DNA of 64,000 nucleotides from Chrysomallon squamiferum (taxonomy: Eukaryota; Animalia; Mollusca), in contig CM022676.1 of NCBI GenBank assembly GCA_012295275.1, positions 13,144,001 to 13,208,000 on the forward strand, read 5' to 3'. Position 1 is the stretch's first letter. Each line of letters starts with the position of its first letter. The translations under genes and the position numbers were made by a program. Shown in pieces: positions 12,901 through 23,919 of the stretch. Under the pieces are notes generated by a model, which worked only from the letters and a program-made list of their open reading frames with translations, had not been told where the DNA came from and did not search any database.

Positions 12901-15900
12901 TTCTAATACGGAAGTCGAAGAAAAGTGAACACTGAGAAAAAGTTATCTCATAATATGAATTTATAACAGAATGATTGTGGAAAAATATGAATGATACACC
13001 AGTTTACATACTTTAAATTTCACATTTACATCATTCTTATTTTTTATCAGATCATCCACGAGTGAGTATTGATAAATCTGGACCAGTCACAACGCGGGAA
13101 GGACAAAGTCTGGATGTAGTAAACTGTTCAGCAGACAGCAATCCTCCAAACACAATACTCAACTGGACATCAACCTCACCTCACTGGACTGGTGGTTTCC
13201 CTTTACATATTGCAGTACTTGACAGAGACCACCACGGTACATACACATGTACAGCGACAGTGTCATCTTCAGTAGCAACACTAACTGGAACATCTCAGAT
13301 TAAAATTATAGTTAACTGTGAGTATTTATATGTTAAAACACTAATTATTTGTTATTTCCGTTAACTTTGTATGTAAATTATGTTTTAATTCCTGGTTAAG
13401 TATTTATCAGTGATGTTTTTTTTTTTTTTTTTGTTGTTGTTGTTTTTTGTTCTTCATTTATTATATTTTATTTTGTGTAAAATGGAATTGTAATTGTGTA
13501 TATAAAATATTTATAAAACAGTGTTTTGTTTTGCTTAGTCTAGCCTAGTCAGTGTATTCTGTTAACGTAACGAAGATAGTTAGATTATCAAGTGTATGAC
13601 AATAATGACTTGATTTATTACTGTAAATTTAGTAATTGTTTACAGATGCTCCTGATCTGACTTTTCCTTCTTTAAACACAACTGAAAACACGTCACTGAA
13701 TATCAACTGTTCTGCTGATGGTCGTCCTGACAACATGAACTTCAAACACTTCAAACATTACTGGAATGACGTGTTTATTCAAGATGTGCCAGGAACAAAG
13801 GTAACAGGTAATCAGTACAGATTGAAGTTTAATCCTGTTACGTTTGAAGACAGTGGAACTTACATCTGTAGTGTGGAAAATGGAATCCCAGACAGGAATG
13901 GACGTTTACTACAAAACAAAACCAGCAGTGTTTATGTTAAAGGTATCAATCTATAATTTAATAACAAAACAATAATGTTTACTGAACTTCCACAACCTAT
14001 ATAATAATACCTCAGTTAACATCTGTTCACTATCATGTTCAAAATTTGTATGCAGGTTTCATAAATGGCTACTGAATTCTAAAATGTATTGTGTAATATA
14101 GTTTTCCATATTTTGTAATAGTAATAATTTTTAAATATGCTAATTGTGAACAAAATTATTTCACTGTATATATGGATATATATATTATATGGATACAACT
14201 TTTTTTCAAATATATGATAAACTCAATTTTAAAATTTTATTTCCTTAAAACTGTCCTAACAGCTGACATAGCAATCACTATTTATATTAAAAAAAAAATG
14301 TAAGGGTAAAAAAGTAAAAAAAAGATAAATCATATTCCTTGTGAATCAAATTAATGAAGTAAACTTCATCCAAGATTTTATTTGTTACTCCATATTTATA
14401 GAAAAGAATTGATAAACATAAAGTTAGTCACTTTATATGTTGCCAAAGATTGAGGGGTCAAACATGGAGTCTACACATCAACACATTTGATTAATAATCA
14501 GCGAATTCATCACTGGCGCTGAGAGATTTCTTTCATCTTTGTCTCATGCTGTAACAAATTGCATTCGTGCAACAAAACTAATCTTTTAAGAAGGACTTGT
14601 ATACTGGTCTATAATTGAACTAACTTTTATTATCCATGTAACAATAAATTTAACACCCGTATGACTTCCACATTTGTCAGTCTGTCTATGTTTTCTTTGT
14701 TCAACAGTAACCAGAAACAAGCTTTGACCTTGGACTGGTGTGATATTTGTAGATGAGTGATATAGACAAGTCAACACTGGTATATTTGGTATTATGAGTG
14801 AAGCTCTGGAAAGAAAAAAATGTTGATGACAATAACAATGACAGTGAGTTTATTCTAATAAACTGTAGGATTACAGTACTTAGAAGAATGTATTACAGCT
14901 ACATAATAACAAAATTATAATACACATGCGTGGAATTTTAAAGTGGAGGACATACTCTCACATACAGTTCTTATTACCAAACATAGCTTTTTTAATAAAA
15001 ATATATTTTTACTGTTAAACAAATTATTATATGAAATTACATTTGAATGTCTCATATATTTATCTGTGATACCTTTTGTTTCATTTAATAATACAGGATC
15101 ATTACATTCATCTCCAATTTTGTTAAGATTACAGATACAACATTTTCTGTTGTCTCTTACTAAGAGTCTTAGAATATTATACCATCGTCCAGTTTCAATA
15201 GGAAGTTTAGCATTCGCGGTTCTAAATTTACATAAGATATTAGCATTCTTCTAAGACAGCTAAATAAGATGGTTTTCTAATTTCAGTTCATTTTTAAAAA
15301 TATTATAATTAATACCCTTTAGAGATGTTTCAGTTTGATTTTTCTATAATTGTTAAAACTGATCATGTAATATTTTGGATATGTAACCATTTAACATTAT
15401 CTTAGTTGTAATACGTCCATATATATCTTAAACCACAAACATCTTCAATATTTATTACAAATTTGTTCCAAGGAGAATCGATAACATGCATTAAATAATA
15501 TAGTTGTGAGGAAATCTTGTTTTGGGTTTTGCAAATTAGGTTCCCTCAAAACGTTATCATTCTTACTTTTATAGAAATACAAAGGGGATACCATCCTAGT
15601 TCACCATAGATCATAAAACCAGGGGTACATTTATTAACATTTAGTAAATACTTACACAATTTCATATGAAGTCTTTCTATTAGTTGTATATTTGTAAAGC
15701 ACCGCATTTCACAACCATACAATAAAATTGGTTGTATTAATTTATCAAATAAATCAACTACACAGTCGATGGGGAGATTTTTCTGTTAGGCTGTACCCAG
15801 CTTTCACTGCTTTGTTATACAGTTTGGGAGAAAAAACATTTATGAGATCAGCATCAATTTTATGACCAAGAGATTGAATGATAACTAAACAGTATTGGTT

Positions 15901-17738
15901 CAGAAATTAAAAGTTCGAAAGAAGAACAAATATTCAATAATGTATAAAATTGAGTTATACTTAACAAAGAACGCAGCAGCATTCATGTGTTTTAAAAATT
16001 CAGATCTTTTTATTTCTTAATGTTGAATGTCTAAATTTGTTCATGTATTGTAAAAATTGATTAAATCCTCTGGAACACTACAATATTTCAAATTACTTTT
16101 GTTAAGAATTATTACTCTTCACATATTTAAAATAAACACATATTACAATACAGTAGTTAAATCTTTATCATTAATATAATTATACTTTCAGCTGCATTCA
16201 AATATAATCTCTTTTTAATAATACAATAGTTTAAATGTTTATCATTCATATAATTACACTTTCAGCTTCATTCAAATATTTAATATTACAGTAGTTTAAA
16301 TGATTATAATTAATATGATAATTTTACTTTCAGCTGCACCTAAGATCATTAACAAAACAGACAACATTGTGGGAGCTGAGATAGGAAATCCTGTTGTATT
16401 ACACAAATCTGTGTTTTGTAAACCAAGTTACACAAATTTTACCTGGAGTAAATTTTATGATCAAACTGATTTTAACAACACTCAGGTCACAAGAGAAAAC
16501 ATCACACTACAAATACACAGTAAAACAGTGACAGATTCTGGTTACAAGTTTTCTCTCAGTATCAGTAATTTTACTCAAGATGACATTGGAACATACAAAC
16601 TGACTGTCTGTAATGAAGTTGGATGTTCTCAGTTTTCTGTGAACCTAACTGCAGCAGGTCCACCTCTTCCTCCTAAAGAGTTCCAACAAGAAAGAGAATC
16701 AACATCACACACAGTGTTCTTGTCCTGGCTACCTAACTACCCAGGTGGTAATTTCAAACAAAGATTTATTCTGCAGTACAAACCACAAAGTGACTCTAAC
16801 TGGATTACTTGGCAAAGTGAATGGTTTGATTACTCAACAGACAGACATAAAATAATTTTTAACATCACAGATCTTCAGTCTAAACAAGTTTACGATATTC
16901 GACTGTCAGCTCAAAGTAACAGACTTTCAAATAACACCAGCAACTATGTTACACTTGAAGTTACAACACAGGGTAAGTAAAGATTAACTGGATTACTGCT
17001 TGGCATAGTGAATTGTTCGGTGACTAAACACAAGGACAGAAAATAATTTTTAATATCAGCAATCTCAAAGACAAAACACTTTATAGTGTCAGAATTTCAG
17101 CTGAAAACACAAGAACTCAAGACAGTATGAACAATTACGTCATCTTTCAAGTAATTACAAAAGGTTATCTGCTATTAAATTTTATTAAAACGATGAAAAT
17201 AAATACGTATGAAATATTTATATGTTCTACAATTTGTCAGTATAAATATATATAGCCTTAAAGTTAAACCATTTAATTGAATTGTTTCATGTTTGTATAA
17301 TATTGAATTTATTACCTTTTTATGTTTTATTTCAGTTACAGAGTATAAACGTATTAGTGTATTACTGTGTATACAGCTCTGAGTCTAAGATTGCATGTGT
17401 GTTTTGGTGTATCTCTATGCTAATGAGTATATTTATTTTCTTGTGTTACAGAATTTTATTCAGTTTCAGTGGAAGCATCTTACAATGATCATCGAGCCAT
17501 TTCATTCATTTCCATATAATATTTATCACTCTCCTCTCTTCTGATTTTAGTATAATCCAATCACACATTTGAAAGGTTTTCTTTCTTTCTACTAACATTA
17601 GAAATTGTCTTAACAAGCAGGCGGAAAATTATATATATATATCTATATATACAGTGGTACCTTGACTTACGAGTTTAATTCGTTTCATGACCGAGCTTGA
17701 GTTGGGGCAATCGTAAGTCGAGGTACCCTGCGCGCGCG

Positions 17739-17793
<55 letters not shown>

Positions 17794-18981
17794 TAATACA
17801 TTTTACGGTTTTATAATCAAAAGATGAAATTTTTTATATTTATTTTGTAATTACAATTATAATAATTGCTTGTATTTATTTATTAATCACCTTTCCATGA
17901 TAATACAAAAAAAAAAAAAAAAATAATAATATCAATCATCATCAAGCAATGATAATAGTTACTGAAGAACGAAGTGTTACTATGGTATTTAATTACTATT
18001 AATAGTACTACTACTAATAATCAAATATTATTTCTTTCGTTTGCAAAAGAACAATTATAAATGAAATATTAATATCAGTTAATATCTGTAGACCGGAAAA
18101 TGGTATTATATATGTTATTTATCAATTACATCTTTAGAAGAGCAAAATGATATTATACTTTTCAGTTGTTATTTACCTGTTACAGCTTCAGAAGAACAGA
18201 GTGGTTCTAGTTCTCTGCTTGGTGCAGCTGTAGGAGGAGCTGTTGGTTCTTTGACTGGCATTGTTGTCATAGTGATACTTGTTTTTTTGCTTAGAAGACG
18301 TGGACCATTTTCAAACAAATCTGGTATCTTCTTAACCAATCTGCAAATTGTGATAAATTAAACAATAATACTAACTGTCTTGTAGGTTATTTCCTTCATT
18401 GTGAACCCTTCAATTATAATAATCTATACCTGAAGATTCTTACCTTTTAGCATAACGGTAAAAAAAAAAAAACACAAAAAAACATACGATAACATCTTTC
18501 ACAAATATTACATAAAATTACGTTGTAGTATTAATACTTGTAGTACCAGCAGTAGTAGTGGTTGTTGCTGTTTTTTTTGTAACAGTTCAGTATTTTCCTG
18601 GTCACAATTCTAAATGTTGTAATGTTTTGTCTATCAGTTTCTGATTTCTATTACCTTTACAGTTATGGAACATCCAAGTCCAGTTACAGACCAAACATAC
18701 GAAGGACTTCAACAAAACAGAGAAACTACTGAATACTCAAGAATTGAGATGTATGAAAATCTGAGACAAACTGGTAAACATAATTATATTTCTTAACCTA
18801 TAATGAAATCAGTGTTATTTTAAAGAGATTACATTTTATTTAAACATTTAAAATTATTTCAGGTGCTGTAAATAACACTATAACAGCTGACCACACGTAT
18901 CAAGGTCTGCAAGAAAGCAGAGAAGAACCACAATACACTAAACTGAACCTGTATGAAAATCTGAAGAAAGGTGACAAATGA
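4166..18981 (+). CDS. Gene 1: nephrin-like multi-Ig + FN3 single-pass receptor with tandem ITAM tail; middle exons carry lesions (possible partial pseudogene or fusion of two paralogues)
   Basis: 16 exons with GT-AG boundaries and phase-1 junctions: leader, ~12 Ig, FN3, TM and two Tyr-motif exons. Confidence 0.8.
4568..4927 (+). CDS. Gene 1 exon 2: V-like Ig domain
   Basis: FTFTCSV...YTLTINRTSADDEALWWCQL; 360 nt, phase 1-1. Confidence 0.85.
5094..5354 (+). CDS. Gene 1 exon 3: C2/I-type Ig domain
   Basis: YGPDSV...ADCVAVCKPSCSYSW...LRLSNISRNEAGNVYTCTV; 261 nt. Confidence 0.88.
6516..6728 (+). pseudogene. Gene 1 exon 4: internally deleted Ig exon
   Basis: EGDTVTLNCSTTGGNPKPNLNW...ANRTQLTVYH lacks the F-strand Cys segment; only a weak GTAGAA donor. 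Confidence 0.65.
7310..7615 (+). CDS. Gene 1 exon 5: V-like Ig domain with extra cysteines
   Basis: YTFQCSV...ICTVLSSC...GYSCTC...FNLTINSVSLVDEAKWTC; 306 nt. Confidence 0.85.
8850..9192 (+). pseudogene. Gene 1 exon 6: CD80-like C2 Ig exon, frameshifted
   Basis: 343 nt, not a multiple of 3. Frame changes at the T and G runs near 8927-8950 (ITEGNSAV../..AKPAPTVSQILWY...REHDGQKDFCAAEN). Confidence 0.75.
10137..10400 (+). CDS. Gene 1 exon 7: Ig exon, open frame but F-strand Cys replaced by Ser (YTSQV)
   Basis: GTCVCNTTFLGTPAGTVSW...YNNQNYTSQVRN; 264 nt. Confidence 0.7.
10705..11025 (+). pseudogene. Gene 1 exon 8: CD80-like C2 Ig exon with in-frame TAG at 10908-10910
   Basis: LTLTCISASSSPSVNFTW...LFS*NLVLVPQWYQDGDEIECETKN; 321 nt. 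Confidence 0.8.
11336..11601 (+). pseudogene. Gene 1 exon 9: Ig exon with 3' deletion and frameshift
   Basis: EGDTLNIRCVVSGGKP...KTCQCSSVHQTHIYT; 266 nt, G strand missing, donor falls in phase 0. Confidence 0.7.
11867..12151 (+). CDS. Gene 1 exon 10: Ig domain
   Basis: PWLEGQSRNLTCAVSERGNPPVVIVWFKNG...DNRQTFMCQATN; 285 nt. Confidence 0.88.
13051..13317 (+). CDS. Gene 1 exon 11: Ig domain
   Basis: REGQSLDVVNCSADSNPP...W...DRDHHGTYTCTA; 267 nt. Confidence 0.9.
13646..13942 (+). CDS. Gene 1 exon 12: Ig domain
   Basis: LNINCSADGRP...VTFEDSGTYICSVENGI; 297 nt. Confidence 0.9.
14990..15990 (-). mobile_element. Degenerate non-LTR retrotransposon 3' fragment (RTE-X-like)
   Basis: Minus-strand motifs DLFDKLIQPILLYGCE (~15770-15710) and CKFRTANAKLPIETGRWYNI (~15232-15172). 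Confidence 0.7.
16334..16972 (+). CDS. Gene 1 exon 13: I-set Ig domain plus fibronectin type III domain
   Basis: DDIGTYKLTVCNEVG then GPPLPP...VFLSWLPNYPGG...FILQYKP...W...ITDLQSKQVYDIRLSAQS; 639 nt. Confidence 0.92.
16986..17163 (+). pseudogene. Intronic relic of a second FN3 C-terminal half
   Basis: NWITAWHSELFGD*TQGQKIIFNISNLKDKTLYSVRISAEN...VITKG, parallel to the end of exon 13, with its own phase-1 donor. Confidence 0.8.
17652..17730. mobile_element. Tc1/mariner (pogo/Tigger-like) MITE, ~79 bp
   Basis: Inverted termini cagtggtaccttgacttacga / tcgtaagtcgaggtaccctg, preceded by TA. Confidence 0.75.
18186..18323 (+). CDS. Gene 1 exon 14: transmembrane exon
   Basis: SEEQSGSSSLLGAAVGGAVGSLTGIVVIVILVFLLRRRGPFSNKS; hydrophobic helix followed by RRR stop-transfer; 138 nt, phase 1-1. 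Confidence 0.9.
18663..18773 (+). CDS. Gene 1 exon 15: cytoplasmic ITAM exon 1
   Basis: VMEHPSPVTDQTYEGLQQNRETTEYSRIEMYENLRQT; tttacag acceptor, G|GTAAAC donor, 111 nt. Confidence 0.85.
18863..18981 (+). CDS. Gene 1 exon 16: cytoplasmic ITAM exon 2 (stop at 18979-18981, or splices on at 18970)
   Basis: GAVNNTITADHTYQGLQESREEPQYTKLNLYENLKKGDK*; tttcag acceptor. Confidence 0.85.
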
Positions 18982-19591
18982 TATTATTATAATGAAAGTA
19001 ACTTTACATTGTGTACGTTTTTAATCAATATTATAGCTACTATATTATACCTACTTACACTGATATTTGACGTTTTCTTTGAAAGAAGCTAAATTCAATA
19101 AACAGAAACTAATTGTTTAACTGTTATATAATACAATACAAGAAAATATTTTCTAGTGAAAAGAAACACCAATCGTGTCAGACGTTTTCTGGAATTGCTT
19201 TTCTAAATTGAAGATAAAAAGAGAATTCTAACATTATTATGAATAAAGGAATTGAAAATGAAATGTATAAGAAAAACTAAATTCATATGTTGACTATATC
19301 GTGCAGTCTGTCTTATTCCATATATTTTCACATGAATACATAAAATAACAGACTGATTTCATCTTTCATTTATTTATTTATTAAGTAAATCAGCGTTTGT
19401 TCTATTTCGTAAATGTTGATTATATTTCTCGATATTTGCTTTCAAAATAAATATCATGTTAGATTTTAACTTATTTTTATTTTTACTTATCTCATGTTAT
19501 ATTCAATAAATTTGACTTAATGTTTTATAGAGTAGCGCACATATTATTATCATTATTAGAATAAACTGAAACAATAACATTTGTTGTAAAT

Positions 19592-19635
<44 letters not shown>

Positions 19636-20424
19636 AATAAATAAATAAACAAATAAATAAATAAATAAATACCGTAGCTGAATTTACTGAATGTCTTCAT
19701 TGAATAATTTATATGGAAACATCATAAAAATGTGTTTGTGGTAAATATTTTAAATTCATACAGGGAACATGCAGTACTAAACACTTGCTTCTTTATGATG
19801 GTTGCGAATTTCAGGAAGAAAGATGTTACAGTTGAAACGCATTTAGTTCTGAGTTTAGGAGCAATATTTTTATAAGAATTAAACATTAAATATCACTATG
19901 ACTGTTAAATAGACACACATTGTTATGGTGGGTATTAGACAGACAAAGATGAAGCCACATTTATATACACACAATACGAACAAGTACGCACACATGCAAC
20001 ATGTGGATTCCTTAGAAAATCGCTATGTTAAGTGGTATTAGGAATATTAATCAAATAAAAATGCATTCACATATAAATACGCATACTACAAACAAGCACG
20101 TATACATGCAACACGTGGCCGGGAATTTTCATATTAATGGTGACAAGCAAACCTCACATTTGAATAAAACTGCAGTAATTAGTTACTCAAATTTTGTTGC
20201 GAACTTCTCATTCTGTCAAAACAAAATCACAGAAACAAATAATTTGTACAACTTATGTGAAAAGAAGCCAAGTGTATCTTAAAAATTTCTAAAAGAGAAA
20301 ACATACAAAAACAAAATGTCCTCCAATAACTAAAAGTTCGTACTTTAATAATACCAAACACTAGCATAATAAACACATTTAGTTTAAAAGATATTTCTTT
20401 ATTCTTAAAAATCTATTGTTTGAT

Positions 20425-20631
20425 TAATAATTATATTTTCATCAACAAACTTTATTTACATCAGAAGGTAGCCTTGAGAAATGTAAAGCAGACAACTGAA
20501 AGTAGATTTCTTAAAAAATGAATATGTTCATGTTGATTACTTTTTTGTATTTATTTATTTATTTATTTATTTATTTATTTTATTTTACTATTTTAAAATA
20601 CATTTCTTAAATTTCTTATATATATATATAT

Positions 20632-20710
<79 letters not shown>

Positions 20711-21250
20711 AGATGAAATTTAAGAAATATATATATATATAAAATTGTTGATGCAGTAATCTAAGTCAAGTTAATAAGTGAGTTGTCAAATTCTAGTGTA
20801 GTCATCAGACACACATTTTATGTTGAGTTAAAATGTACTGTATGTGAGGAAATTTAATTACATTTACTCTTGTGTGTAAGTTACAAGTGAATCATTTTAA
20901 GTATGTACATAATGCTTCATCAGGTTATATAATAAAAATTAAAACTGAGACTGACATCAAATCCTGATCCTAGCAACCCTGGCCGAGACCTAAACCCTCT
21001 TTGTAAAAAAAAAAAAAAAAAGAAAACTAAATTTGATTCAATTAATTATTAAATAATATCCATCTTATTCTTTATTATGTTTTAGGAAATATTTGCATTT
21101 AAGTCTGTTCCTAACTTTGATAAGCAACTTCCTAGATTTACTGAATGAATTTGTTTTATTTATTTATTTATTTATTTATTTGTTTATTTATTTATTTATT
21201 ATTGTTATTGTTAATTTTATTATTTATTATTACTATTATTATTATTTTTT

Positions 21251-21288
<38 letters not shown>

Positions 21289-21900
21289 ATTGTTGTTGTT
21301 TTATTATATTTTTTATTTAGTTTTTTATTCTAAAACACATTTTTAATATTTTTAACATTTGACATGTTTTATCTACAAAATATTTCTAACCCAAGTCTTC
21401 ACCATAACCATAACCATAGCTCTAAATATGTCACAAAATAAAGTCTAGGAAACAGAAAGGGAAACTACTTCTACTACTACTCCCACTACTAGTTTTACTA
21501 CTACTAATAATAATAAATACATAAACAAAAAACAAACAAAAAAGATTGCAACAACAAACTATTTATTTTTCATTTATTAAGAAAGAAAGCAAGATTACGT
21601 AGAGAACAAATTGATTTTAATTTGATATTTATTCCATATTGCGATCATATTTTAATTTTTAATATGTAAATGTAAAGCTTGAATAAGAAATAAAATAAAA
21701 TAAAATTAAATAAAAAAAAGTTAAAAAAATACTGAATAAAATTTCTAAACGAAGTAAATAAAAAGAAAAAGTGCAAATTATAATTCTTTTCTCATAAAAG
21801 CCAAAAATTGTAAAAGGTTAATGCTTAAAGTAACTTCATAGTAATTTAGTATTATTGTTATTGTTATTTTTATTATTATTATTATTAGTAGTAGTAGTAA

Positions 21901-21932
<32 letters not shown>

Positions 21933-22268
21933 TATGGAGGGGAGGTTAAAATACAGTTCCACCAATGATAAAAGTAAATAAATAAATGAAAGAAAAGAAA
22001 AATAAAAGCAAAATATATACATTTAGGATCAGTTTCAACAAAAAGGAAATTAACGGTCTAAGGGGAATAACTCTAAAATATAATTTCGGAACATTCACTT
22101 TTCTTGTACTTTGAATTAATTTTAATTTTCTCTTATTCCTTAATATTGGAATAAATGTAATTATTGAGTTCTTTATTTTCAGTATTTTTTGAAACGTAAC
22201 TATGTTGTAATAGTATTAAATTTTGTAACATAGTTAACGAAAACAAGTAATCTGAAAAATCATTTTAG
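20425..22268 (+). repeat. Direct segmental repeat, copy B (matches 1-2178)
   Basis: Colinear with the window start, including the same microsatellites at different lengths. Confidence 0.9.
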
Positions 22269-23108
22269 AGTTATTCCTCTTAGACCATAATATTAATTTG
22301 TTTTTCTAATAAAAAATAAAATAAAGGTGTGAACGTAAACAATGAATATAAATATAAATATAATAAATATGTATTCCTGCATTTCGAAAAACTTACTCTA
22401 AACATAAAGTTTTCATATAGTTTTACATTTTTCATATTTTTAGTAATAATGTCTAAAATGACCATTTCTGAATAGATCGCAATACTAAAATAGAGTTATT
22501 CCTCTTAGACCGTTAAGTTACTAATTTATGGTATTGAAAAAAAAAGTCCTTCTCTTTTATTATTTAATTTATAATGATAAAAATAAAACGAAGCCTCACA
22601 TTCCAACAATATTTTAAAATTTCTTTTTAACAAATATAGTGTATAAAATATTTCTTTAACTGTGACTGAGTCTTTTTAAGTATTTTGCGTCATTTTTAAA
22701 TAGAGTTATTTCCCTTACACCGTAAATTTGCTAAATTGGTCGACTCTATTTATTTATTTATTTATTGTTGTTGTTGTTGTTAATGTTGTTATTATTATTA
22801 TTCCGTAAATATTTCGTTAGCCGCCTACATTATTAACAATAATTTCATTTTCTTCAGTTATTCCTCTTAGGCCTTGAAGTTACTAATTTATGGTATTGAA
22901 AAACAGTTCTTCTTTGTTATTATTTAATTTATAATAATAAAAATAAAATGAAGCCTCATATTCCAACAATATTTTAAAATATGTTTTTAACAAATATATT
23001 ATATAAAAATATTTCATTAACTGAGACTGAGTTTTTTAAAGTATTTTGCGTCATTTTTAAATAGAGTTATTTCCCTTAGATCGTAAATTTATTAAATTGG
23101 TCGACTTT

Positions 23109-23151
<43 letters not shown>

Positions 23152-23225
23152 TTATTATTATTATTATTCCGTAAATATTTCATTAACCGCCTACATTATT
23201 AACAATAATTTCATTTTCTTCAGTT
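22053..23225. repeat. Repeat array on the motif (a)gagttattc(c/t)cttagacc, with one inverted copy and a ~360-bp tandem duplication
   Basis: Motif at ~22268, 22492, 22703, 22856 and 23063; reverse complement acggtctaaggggaataactcta at ~22053; 22497-22856 resembles 22857-23224. Confidence 0.8.
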
Positions 23226-23607
23226 TAATGCAACATTTTTATTATCGTAATTTGCACCGAGAAAAAAACAAAAACATCACACACACACACACAGTAAATA
23301 AATATTTCATATTAAACACAATTTATTTCTTTGTTTCTCTAATATACAGTTGAGTTATCCTTCTGAATTAAGTCTAAAATTATTACCTATTTTTATCTTT
23401 TTCTTAGAAAACATTTTACAGAAATATCTACTTTTTTTTTTTTCTGGTCCCTCATTCTAATTGTAAACTGTGCGAGTCAAATGTCAAATGTCAAAATTAG
23501 GTGTTTCCCCGGTCTGCGTCCATCGATGCAGCCTCTCTCTGCGTGTCATAGCAACTAAGAAGTTCATTTTTGTTTCTCATAAGGTGACCTGAAATTTTTA
23601 ATTTGTT

Positions 23608-23661
<54 letters not shown>

Positions 23662-23801
23662 CCCCATATTAAGAAAAATTATAATACATAATAAAACAAA
23701 TATAACAATAATAATAATAATAATAATATATATATAATATGTATCTGTCTCACTCACTCTTTGTTCCCCACCCTTCCGCTTTCTATCTCTTTTCCAGATA
23801 T

Positions 23802-23919
<118 letters not shown>

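Noticed and set aside
14420-14805. Minus-strand segment with a good acceptor inside intron 12
   Set aside because: Stops in all frames and no recognisable motif
18743-18763. YENL motifs as ITIMs
   Set aside because: The Y-2 residue is E or N, not I/V/L/S, so they fit YxN (Grb2-type) rather than ITIM
4166-18981. Calling gene 1 nephrin (NPHS1), Dscam or hemicentin
   Set aside because: Only the architecture resembles nephrin; no YDxV tail, no Dscam-style mutually exclusive exon arrays, no VWA or EGF domains
19815-19846. Possible extra last exon GRKMLQLKRI* for gene 1
   Set aside because: In phase but too short to support without transcripts; exon 16 has its own stop
22268-23080. CRISPR-like spacing of ~20-bp repeats
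   Set aside because: Eukaryotic context, spacers are 150-220 bp and themselves duplicated, no cas genes
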